DNA of 44,872 nt, taken from assembly GCA_016181245.1 (NCBI GenBank), contig JACOZR010000022.1:1-44872 (forward strand). The letters run 5' to 3'. The DNA is from Candidatus Woesearchaeota archaeon. GTDB taxonomy: Archaea; Nanobdellota; Nanobdellia; SCGC-AAA011-G17; GW2011-AR20. Shown in pieces: positions 21,724-29,980 of this stretch. The first letter of the stretch is position 1, and each line of letters begins with the position of its first letter. A program made the translations under genes and the position numbers. Under the pieces are notes generated by a model. That model had not been told where the DNA came from and searched no databases. It saw nothing but the letters and a program-made list of their open reading frames with translations.

Positions 21724-22969
21724 TCTCTAAAGAAGCTACACCTATTAATCTCCAACGAGATCCTAAATTTCTTGAAATTGTTATTCTGTCTGTTTTTGAT
21801 ACACAAACCGGTATTTTTAATGAAACATGGATTATATCTTTTTTCATTTCTGTTACTGCGCCCACTGTTGCGGCTGAATTAACATTTAACATTAAAATTT
21901 CTCCTTTTTTTATTGGTTCAACTACTAAATCATCTTTTGCTCCAACTACTCTTTCTAATAATTTTGGTTTTATGTTAAATTCGTAAAATACTTCTGGAAC
22001 TTTGCCTTTTAATCCAACTACATTTCCTGTTAGATTATCTGATTTTACAATTGAAGGATCTAATGATGTTAATATTCCGGATGAACCTCCAGGAGATAAT
22101 TCTTTAACTTCTATCTCTCCTGTTTTTAATCCATTAATTTTTGTTATTATTGGTTTCCATACTGCTTTTGTTTCATCTATTTTTAAGCCTGGTCTTATTT
22201 CTATTTCCTCGTTTACTTTTAACTTTCCTTGCTTTAATGAACCACCTAAAACTCCGCCTACTAAACTGTTTATATCTGCGCCTGGCCTGTTAATGTCGAA
22301 GCTTCTCGCTACAAAAAATAATGGAGATGCATCTGAATCTCTTTTTGGAGTTTTTATTGTATTTTGAATTTCTTCCAATAATATATCAATATTAATATCG
22401 TGCAAGGCTGATATTGGGATTATAGGTGCTTTTTCAGCTATTGTGCCTTTTGTGAACTTCTTTATTTGCTCATAATTTTTTAGTGCTTGTTCTTCTGTTG
22501 TTAAATCTATTTTACTTTGGATTACTATTATGTTTTTAATTCCTATGATATCTAGAGCCATTAAATGCTCTCTTGTTTGCGGCTGAGGGCATTCTTCATT
22601 TGATGCTATTAATAATAATGCGCCGTCCATTATTGCTGCTCCTGAAAGCATTGTTGCCATTAAAGTTTCGTGACCTGGAGCATCTATGAATGAAATTTTT
22701 CTTTCAAAAATTGCTTTTGATTTACAAACTTCACATGTTTTTTTTGTTGTGTAATGATTCTTAGAACATTTGTAAATTGATGTATCTGCATAACCCAATC
22801 TAATTGTTATTCCTCTTTTAACTTCTTCAGAATGGGTGTCTGTCCACTTACCCGACAATCTTTCAGTTAGGGTTGTTTTGCCATGCAGTCGGATTTAAGT
22901 TTTTTCTTAAAATCTATCGACGTGGCCAATTAACCCTATATTGACTTCTGGTTGTGATTCTTTTTCCAT
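21704..22969 (-). CDS. eif2g: Translation initiation factor aIF2 gamma subunit, split: exon 1 22969-22916, exon 2 22885-21704 (411 aa after removing the insert)
   Basis: MEKESQPEVNIGLIGHVD / HGKTTLTERLSGKWTDTHSEEVKRGITIRLGY, DAPGHETLMATMLSGA, PQPQTREH. The ORF track misses the N-terminus. Confidence 0.95.
22886..22915 (-). other. Candidate 30-nt BHB mRNA intron in aIF2-gamma
   Basis: AGATTTTAAGAAAAAACTTAAATCCGACTG with two in-frame TAA; GUCG/CGAC central helix with AUA and UGC bulges. Confidence 0.85.
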
Positions 22970-23005
22970 CAATAATAACCTGTTTTAGTGGATTTATAAA
23001 GCTAA

Positions 23006-24223
23006 CTAGAAAGGAAGATCTTCTTCTAGACCCTCTAATGAGCATTCTCCTTGATTTGGAGGAATTTCTCCCATATAGACTTCATGAATCCATTCAATTT
23101 CACGCTCTGTAGCAATGCATTCTGGATCTAATGGAACTAGTTTATCTTTTGATTTTTCTTTGTTCATTTTAGTTATCCTATTTCCAATTATTTTATGCCC
23201 CAATAAATAAAATTCTGGAACATTTTGCTGGAAGAATACTTTATTTACTGCAATAGGAAACTCTCTTCGGACCATAGAAATTGCACCGCATATTTTTTCT
23301 GGATTGCGGTTAGTTTCTTTAGCACTGATTGTTATATCATCTACCCATCTTGTGTATCTCAGACCTTTTTTCAATGCACATATGTGGAGAACTTCATCTA
23401 TAGGATAGAATAACCTATTGAATAAGCAGATACTTATGGGAGATCCTACAGGAAGCGCTGAAATTTGCGTATCGCTATAATATACTGTTGATATGGATGT
23501 AAGAAATCCGGCTATATCCCTCCTTATTTCTCGGTTTTCAATTTTATTTTCAAATAATGTGTAATAAAAATCAAAAACATACTGAATATGCGTATTTTTA
23601 AATGCATTAGCTAGATCGAAAGATAATACTGTACCTAGAGGTAAATGCCTACTTAAGCTTTTTTTTGGTGAAAAACCTTGTTCTCCCCCGTGGCATTGGG
23701 AATGACAAGGAGCTTCCATTATAATCGGCTTTACGTATTCTATTAAAAGATGCTCTAAGGAATCTTGAGGAATGGAAATATCTCTAACTTTTCCGTTTAT
23801 TCTTTGTGACCACCTTTGGTACAAATGTTTTCTTTCTCCTTTCAATGCTAACAAATCGTCTAATAATACCTCTAACCTTTCCTGCTTGTTATCTAACATT
23901 GATAACTGATTGTCGAGTGGAAGAAGTTCTAATAATGTTTTTAGAATTATTTCTTTTTTACTCTCTAATACCTCTAAAGGGTTTCTTGTTTCTGAGAAGT
24001 ACTTAACAAGTTCATCTGCATAAGACATGGGAAGCCAAGGTCCTGTAAAATATGCACCAGGTACCAATGGTACTGAACTTAGAAATATCGTTGGTGTGCC
24101 GTCTGTATCAATTTCTAAATCTGGATTTTCACTAGGAATAACATCTAACCTACTGCCCATACTCATACAGTCTACGAATATTCTAAATCTTCTTCCGCTA
24201 GGAGCATACATCCGGTCTTCCAT
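23006..24223 (-). CDS. Reverse transcriptase, retron-like, stand-alone
   Basis: GKVRDISIP, CHGG..GFSPKKSLSRH, FDLANAF, LPVGSPIS, YTRWVDDITIS and LLGHKI follow the RT motif order. Confidence 0.88.
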   Translation of the reverse strand: MEDRMYAPSGRRFRIFVDCMSMGSRLDVIPSENPDLEIDTDGTPTIFLSSVPLVPGAYFTGPWLPMSYADELVKYFSETRNPLEVLESKKEIILKTLLELLPLDNQLSMLDNKQERLEVLLDDLLALKGERKHLYQRWSQRINGKVRDISIPQDSLEHLLIEYVKPIIMEAPCHSQCHGGEQGFSPKKSLSRHLPLGTVLSFDLANAFKNTHIQYVFDFYYTLFENKIENREIRRDIAGFLTSISTVYYSDTQISALPVGSPISICLFNRLFYPIDEVLHICALKKGLRYTRWVDDITISAKETNRNPEKICGAISMVRREFPIAVNKVFFQQNVPEFYLLGHKIIGNRITKMNKEKSKDKLVPLDPECIATEREIEWIHEVYMGEIPPNQGECSLEGLEEDLPF

Positions 24224-24314
24224 GATGCTCAGTATTACTAAAATTTTATAAAGTGCATCCTTTCAACTAAATTTTATCCAAACCTTTTTAATCTTTTTTA
24301 ATTACATAATATTC

Positions 24315-24821
24315 ATGGGAAAGATATTAGCTAGATATGTTCATACGGAACCTATTCCTGGAAAATTATTTCTTTTTGATAGTGGGGTTGAAGCTTTTGG
24401 AGAGACTTTAGATTTACAAGTTCAAAACGCTGAGGAATATGCACGAGGTCAATTGAGTCATTTAGTTTATCCTCATGAATTTGTTCAATGGAAGGCTATT
24501 TTTACTTTGGGATTAATTTGGGGAGATTCTGCGAGCAAGGTAATTGATTTGTATGGATATAAAGGAATTGATCAAAGTTCTTCTGATTATTGGAAAAATG
24601 CTAATCCTGATGTTACTATGTGGGTAGCGAAAACATCCCCTGGTTTTAATGGGGCAGCATGGAAAAAAGAAGATATGGCTTCATGTGAAACTTCTTTAAT
24701 AATCTTAGGAAGAGAAGCTGTTCATAGAAGAAAAACAAGTGGTCTTGAAGAGTATATGAGATCTCATGCTTATCTAATGGATATGGAGCCTTGCGAACAA
24801 TATCGGGTTTTAAAGATATAG
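24315..24821 (+). CDS. Hypothetical protein divergent from the RT
   Basis: 168-aa ORF; no motif recognised. Confidence 0.65.
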   Translation: MGKILARYVHTEPIPGKLFLFDSGVEAFGETLDLQVQNAEEYARGQLSHLVYPHEFVQWKAIFTLGLIWGDSASKVIDLYGYKGIDQSSSDYWKNANPDVTMWVAKTSPGFNGAAWKKEDMASCETSLIILGREAVHRRKTSGLEEYMRSHAYLMDMEPCEQYRVLKI

Positions 24822-24847
24822 AAATATTATTTTCTTTTAAGAGATTT

Positions 24848-25482
24848 TTAACTATGTGCGGTATCTCTGTTCACACGACCTGACATTTTATAAAAGTTAG
24901 GTTTAAGGTCGTTTGCTGCTAATTGTGAAGCAACCAAGCCTAATTCTGATTCTTCTGGTTTTTTTAATCCTGTTGCAATTAAAAAGGGTTCTTCAAGATG
25001 TTCGATATTATGGTATTTGCAATATACTCTTACAATTTCTGGTGTAACCCTTATTTCTCTTGGTGTATGGCCGACTATCCTTGCACCAAACCTTCTTAAT
25101 TCTGCCACAATTCTTGGGGCATTACCTGCAGAAGGATCAGTAACATTAACCATCTCTTCAATATTGCTCAATAAGTATTTAAGTATTCTGCGACTAATAA
25201 CTCTCGAATTTGTGGGGTAACAATGTTGTGACCTCTCCACTGGTTAAAATTTAAGCGGTACGGACCTCCTCCATCAAATAATTCGGGAAATGTCAGCACT
25301 CTTCCCCTTTCCCCAACATACCATTTATCTCTGTCTAGATCCCCCGCTGCTATTTTGCCTCGGAGGTCATATATCAATCTTCTTTGTTTTAATGTTAGTT
25401 CTTGTCCTTCAATAATAAAGTCCAATGCACCGAATGTGTTTGATGTCAACTTTTCATTTCTCCTGACCCTATAGTGTTCCAA
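24848..25482 (-). pseudogene. Single hypothetical gene (about 208 aa) frameshifted by an 8-bp tandem duplication
   Basis: TAAGTATT occurs twice at 25172-25187; deleting one copy fuses the 104-aa and 130-aa ORFs (..LVAEYL-LSNIEEMVN..). Confidence 0.7.
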
Positions 25483-25596
25483 TAGATATTTAAATATTGT
25501 TAAAGCGTATAGGGGAAGAAGAGTTGCAAATAACTTTAATTGAATATCTCTAGGGGTATAGAAATATTAATATAACCTAAATTATTACTTTTATTT

Positions 25597-26397
25597 ATGA
25601 AGCACAATTTGAAAATTACTATTCTCTTATTTTTATTATTCCTTGTGGCTCATGTTTTAGGATTAGTGATATTAAATCAGTATAACTTTGTTAATGAATT
25701 AGGTAAAGATTTACCCTATGGATTACAACCCCCCGAGATGGAACAGAATACTAGCTTTATTCCTATTTTTGTTATAATCTTAGTTGGAACAGCTTTAATG
25801 CTTTTGTTATCAAGATTTAAAACAATGTTTCTTTGGAAATTTTGGTTTTTTATCAGCTTAATGATAACCTTAACTATTGCTTTTGGGGCTTTTGTTGCGC
25901 AAAACATTGCTTTAATTTTGGCTTTAATATTTTCTATTTTTAGAGTTTTCAAGTATAATGTTTATGTTCATAACTTTAGTGAAGTTTTTCTTTACGGAGG
26001 ATTAGTTTCAATTTTTGTTCCTGTTTTTAATTTATGGAGCATTTCAATATTATTAATCTTAATTTCAATTTATGACTTTATTGCTGTCTTTAAGACAAAA
26101 CATATGGTTAAATTAGCTAAATTTCAATCCAAAGGAAAAATCTTTAGCGGCTTATATGTTCCTTATGAGAAAAAGGCTGCTCTTTTGGGCGGGGGAGATA
26201 TTGGATTTACTTTATTATTTTCAGGAGTTATTTTAAAAGAATTTGGCGCTTTACCTGCACTTATTGTAAGCTTTATTATAGGATTAAGTTTACTTGGGTT
26301 GTTATTTTATTCTAAGAAAGATAAATTTTATCCTGCTATGCCACCTTTAACTATTGGCTGTTTTATTGGGCTTCTAGTGGTGAAATTACTTTTCTAG
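25597..26397 (+). CDS. Presenilin-family (A22) intramembrane aspartyl protease
   Basis: SIYDFIAV, LGGGDIG and PAMPPL motifs; multiple TM helices. Confidence 0.93.
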   Translation: MKHNLKITILLFLLFLVAHVLGLVILNQYNFVNELGKDLPYGLQPPEMEQNTSFIPIFVIILVGTALMLLLSRFKTMFLWKFWFFISLMITLTIAFGAFVAQNIALILALIFSIFRVFKYNVYVHNFSEVFLYGGLVSIFVPVFNLWSISILLILISIYDFIAVFKTKHMVKLAKFQSKGKIFSGLYVPYEKKAALLGGGDIGFTLLFSGVILKEFGALPALIVSFIIGLSLLGLLFYSKKDKFYPAMPPLTIGCFIGLLVVKLLF

Positions 26398-26506
26398 AAT
26401 CTAGAATTTTGAATTCTGTGTTTTTACAACTACACATCATTCCTTCTGGTAGGTTTCCTTCTCTTAATGTATAAATCATTCCGCATTTTTTACAGTTTAT
26501 TTCCAT
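26363..26506 (-). CDS. Small zinc-ribbon protein, 47 aa (not in ORF track)
   Basis: MEINCKKCGMIYTLREGNLPEGMMCSCKNTEFKIL...; CxxC plus CxC; GTGAT SD-like sequence upstream. Confidence 0.6.
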   Translation of the reverse strand: MEINCKKCGMIYTLREGNLPEGMMCSCKNTEFKILDSRKVISPLEAQ

Positions 26507-26657
26507 TTTAATCACTATTAGATAGTATTAGAACTTGTATATAAATATTACTATTTTATGTTACTTTACAGTGGTTAAATAATGGAAAGATTTAAGAATA
26601 AGCTTTACTGGTGTAAACTTGAGCTAGAAGCTTACAAAGTTATCGAGAAAACATAAA

Positions 26658-27071
26658 ATGTCAGAAACAAGATTAAGAATTAACTCAGAGGAAGAGTTGG
26701 CAGATAGATTCTTAGAGCTAAAATTAAGGCTAGGAACTACATTAGTTACAGAACTTGAAAAAAATAGGGATAAGTATATGGGAAGAGGCATTATGGCTGG
26801 AATCCCTATGGGTATAACTCTCGGATCACTTTCGGGGTATTTTTTTATGCATGGAGAAATGTTAAATGGTGATCCTATAACTGATTTTGGTAAACTATTT
26901 TTTGGAGGGTATCTTGGTCTTGTTGTTGGTGCTAATATCGGGCTTGCTTTAGGTATGCTATATGCTAATCATAGAACTAGAAATTTAAGAATAAGATATC
27001 CAGAACAATCTCAAACCATTGAAGATTATATGAAAGTAAGAAAGGCAATAACTGCTCTTAGTATTAGGTAG
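26658..27071 (+). CDS. Small membrane protein with two glycine-zipper helices
   Basis: GIMAGIPMGITLGSLSG and GGYLGLVVGANIGLALG. Confidence 0.65.
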   Translation: MSETRLRINSEEELADRFLELKLRLGTTLVTELEKNRDKYMGRGIMAGIPMGITLGSLSGYFFMHGEMLNGDPITDFGKLFFGGYLGLVVGANIGLALGMLYANHRTRNLRIRYPEQSQTIEDYMKVRKAITALSIR

Positions 27072-27079
27072 GTTTTATC

Positions 27080-27607
27080 ATGGAAGTTCATGAATTTTGG
27101 TTAAAGAAACACAGTGAAGATTCTGGCTTTTCTCCAGAAGAAAATAGATGTGATACTTATAGAGTAGCCCTTGGAGAATTGATAGACTCAACACAAAGGA
27201 AAATACTTCCTCCGAAACGTAGCTATTCAGAGGCACCTAATCCCGATCGTTGGAATAAGAGCGGTTCTATAGGATTTATGGACTTAAGAGTCATACCTCA
27301 GACTATACCTAAAGAAAATGCAAACCCTTTATCTGGCTGTGATTTTAAAGAGAGAGATTACGAAGAAAAAAAAGTGATTATTGATTTGGTGGGAATTGAG
27401 CCTAGGCATAACAGTCTTGGTTATTTAAGATTTTTAAAAAATAGGGCAGAAGAAATTGCACTTGAATGGGGATTAGAAGCTGTTGTTTTCGTCATAACCG
27501 AGAATCTAAAATTGAGAGACTTAATGAGGAATCACGGTACAAGATTAGGTTACACATCATACGCTCATGGTTATAGAGCAGTTAAAAGATTAAAAGTCAA
27601 TACCTAG
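27080..27607 (+). CDS. Hypothetical, possibly GNAT-fold protein
   Basis: IDLVGIEPRHNSLGYLRFL resembles acetyl-CoA binding motif A; LGY near the C-terminus. Confidence 0.45.
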   Translation: MEVHEFWLKKHSEDSGFSPEENRCDTYRVALGELIDSTQRKILPPKRSYSEAPNPDRWNKSGSIGFMDLRVIPQTIPKENANPLSGCDFKERDYEEKKVIIDLVGIEPRHNSLGYLRFLKNRAEEIALEWGLEAVVFVITENLKLRDLMRNHGTRLGYTSYAHGYRAVKRLKVNT

Positions 27608-28246
27608 AGATACTCTATTTTCTAATTCTGGAATTTTGTCTCCATCACTTATTAATGCGGAATCATATGCAATGTTTAAACCATGTACTTTTTTGCCTAA
27701 CTTTACTTCCCCATACATCCAAGGAAATCCTTTTTTTGCAACATTCCATTGCCCAAAACCACTAAAATTAAGTCCGTGTGGGAGCTTTGCATTAAATCCA
27801 TATTGTAGTTCTGCTAAACTTTCTATTCTTTCTCCATTGTTGTTAAACCATATAGGTAAAAGACTTAGTTCTATGGATGATCCTTCTGGGAGGCCTGGAA
27901 TCTTTGTTGCAATTCCTGTTCCAAATCTTTTAGCAAGTTCATTTGAGTATAATAATTGTGTTTTTGATAATACTAAATTTTTTATTTCTCTTCTTAGTGT
28001 TGTTCTGCCAAAATATCCTTCGCCTTTATTTCTGTTGTGGTCGTATAAATCTATGAAAGAGAAACCCTTGAATCCAAGAGGCAATGAATATGCACCTTGA
28101 GCTTCTGCGTAAGATCCATATGAATTTCTTTCGTTTTCAGTTTTGATATATCTTACATTTCCTTTTAGGTCTGCTTGTGTTTCCTTAACTGGAAGTAATG
28201 TTGCTGCAGCTACACCTATGCCTAGAATGAGTTTACTTAATTTCAT
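27590..28246 (-). CDS. Secreted beta-barrel-like protein
   Basis: Signal peptide; alternating amphipathic strands; C-terminal RVSLGIDF. Confidence 0.55.
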   Translation of the reverse strand: MKLSKLILGIGVAAATLLPVKETQADLKGNVRYIKTENERNSYGSYAEAQGAYSLPLGFKGFSFIDLYDHNRNKGEGYFGRTTLRREIKNLVLSKTQLLYSNELAKRFGTGIATKIPGLPEGSSIELSLLPIWFNNNGERIESLAELQYGFNAKLPHGLNFSGFGQWNVAKKGFPWMYGEVKLGKKVHGLNIAYDSALISDGDKIPELENRVSLGIDF

Positions 28247-28974
28247 TTTGCGCCCCTCTTGAAATCGTAATTTAACATTAAACTCAAACCCGTTTTATCA
28301 TCAAAATCTTTTTTTACGGCTTTTTGAAATTTGAAACTTGGGTTTATAGAAACTCCTCTGTATGACAAAGGCATACTTGCTTCTGCTTGAACTACACTCA
28401 CTCCAGAACCTTCAATGAAATAGTGGTTGTTGTAATGAAAATGCGCATCAAGTGAAACTGGTATTCTTCCTACATTTCTGCTTTCGTTTAAACTAAGACT
28501 CACTTCTTGTCCTTTACTATTGTCAAATGTTCCTGCAGAAATATTTTGAACAAGTTTCAATCTTGGAGAAAAAGGGCTTTTTCTGCTTAGCACTAACCAT
28601 GCTTCTTGAAGGTTGTCGTTTACTCTTTTATCCCCTAAATTTCTAAAATCAAACAAATTATAGGCTAGATCAGTATTTACTCCTTGAAAATTCCTGCTAT
28701 ATCCTAAACCTAAATCATATTCTGTCAATACTTTCCTATCTAAGTTTACATTGTTCCATGTATAAATATAAAAGTTATTTTTACTTGCAACCAAAGATGA
28801 TTGAAGTGCTGGTTCTTTTTCTACTTCAAAACCTACTGGACTAAGATATTTGTCTCTTGCTGTGACACTTGCTATTAAACTTAATGGATCAGCTTTAATT
28901 TCTTTTATAGGCAATAAACTTGCGAATATCATTGCTGTACCGGTGATTATGTTCTTTGTTTTCATTTTTATCAC
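28243..28974 (-). CDS. Secreted beta-barrel-like protein (TorF/Gcw_chp porin-like)
   Basis: Signal peptide; KYLSPVGF..EPALQ, YIYTWNN, EYDLGLGYS, LSLMLNYDF. Confidence 0.55.
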   Translation of the reverse strand: MIKMKTKNIITGTAMIFASLLPIKEIKADPLSLIASVTARDKYLSPVGFEVEKEPALQSSLVASKNNFYIYTWNNVNLDRKVLTEYDLGLGYSRNFQGVNTDLAYNLFDFRNLGDKRVNDNLQEAWLVLSRKSPFSPRLKLVQNISAGTFDNSKGQEVSLSLNESRNVGRIPVSLDAHFHYNNHYFIEGSGVSVVQAEASMPLSYRGVSINPSFKFQKAVKKDFDDKTGLSLMLNYDFKRGAK

Positions 28975-29101
28975 TCCTTAGTAATTTATAATCTTAAGAG
29001 AACTAATTTCATACTTAAACTTTTTTATTATACTTTATATATTAGTATAAATATATATACTTTTTAGAAATATTTAAATATTAGGAGGTTTTTGTAATTT
29101 T

Positions 29102-29980
29102 ATGAAAAGAAGAATAGTAAAACAAGGAACCGCAACTATGATGGTTAGTTTGCCTGCAAAATGGATTAGAAAATTTAATCTTAAGAAGGGCGATGAAGTT
29201 TACGTTGAGGAGTTTGATAAAGGATTGATAATCAAAACTGATTCTTCTTTAGTTAACTCAAATAAAGCAATTATAGATGTTACTGGTTTTAATCCTTTGG
29301 TTAATAGGATTCTAATTTCCTTTTATGTTCGAGGAATTGATGAGTTAGAAGTAAGATTTTCTAATACAAGTGAAGTTTCTGATTTTCAAAAAAGAGTTAT
29401 AAACGAATTAATAGGATTTGAGATTATTAAACAAACTAACTCTAGTCTTATTATAAAAGATATTGCTACTGTAGACAACCAAAATATTGATGAGGTTGTT
29501 AACAGAATATTCTTAATTTTAGATTCTATGGCAGATGAGCTTGTTAATTCTATAAGCAAGAAACAAGATTTAAAACCTATTATTGACATGGATTCTAGCA
29601 TAAACAAATTTGTGAACTTTTGCTTGAGAATACTGAACAAGAAAGGGTATATTAGATTTGATAGAACATTGCAAATGTATTCAATAGTCTCTTTACTAGA
29701 AGAAATCGGAGATTTATATAAAAAGATTTCTTTAGAATTAAAAAAGAATAAGAATTTAGCAAATAATGATGTTTCTACGATTAGAGAACTGAAAGAATTT
29801 TTACATTTATATCATAAATTATTATTTAATTTTAATAAGAAAGAGGCTGTTATTTTTGCTAATAAATATGAAGCTATAAATAAAAAATTAAAACAAAAAA
29901 ATTTAGTTGATATTTACTTATTTCAAATTTTAGAAACTATAATCAGAATGAATAATCATCTTTTAGTTGTTTCTTTCTAG
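29102..29980 (+). CDS. AbrB/SpoVT-domain PhoU-like regulator (second paralogue)
   Basis: MKRRIVKQGTATMMVSLPAKW..K..LKKGDEV; DSSINKFVNFCLR; LEEIGD. Confidence 0.85.
   Translation: MKRRIVKQGTATMMVSLPAKWIRKFNLKKGDEVYVEEFDKGLIIKTDSSLVNSNKAIIDVTGFNPLVNRILISFYVRGIDELEVRFSNTSEVSDFQKRVINELIGFEIIKQTNSSLIIKDIATVDNQNIDEVVNRIFLILDSMADELVNSISKKQDLKPIIDMDSSINKFVNFCLRILNKKGYIRFDRTLQMYSIVSLLEEIGDLYKKISLELKKNKNLANNDVSTIRELKEFLHLYHKLLFNFNKKEAVIFANKYEAINKKLKQKNLVDIYLFQILETIIRMNNHLLVVSF

Noticed and set aside
22886..22915. Translational bypassing or stop-codon readthrough as the explanation for the GTPase inserts
   Set aside because: Re-landing on the internal GAC would resume in the wrong frame in both genes, and readthrough would put 10-12 extra residues into the P-loop. 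The BHB cut sites predict the correct junction exactly.
24224..24314. Retron msr/msd RNA upstream of the RT
   Set aside because: Only about 90 AT-rich nt containing divergent promoter-like elements, with no long inverted repeats.
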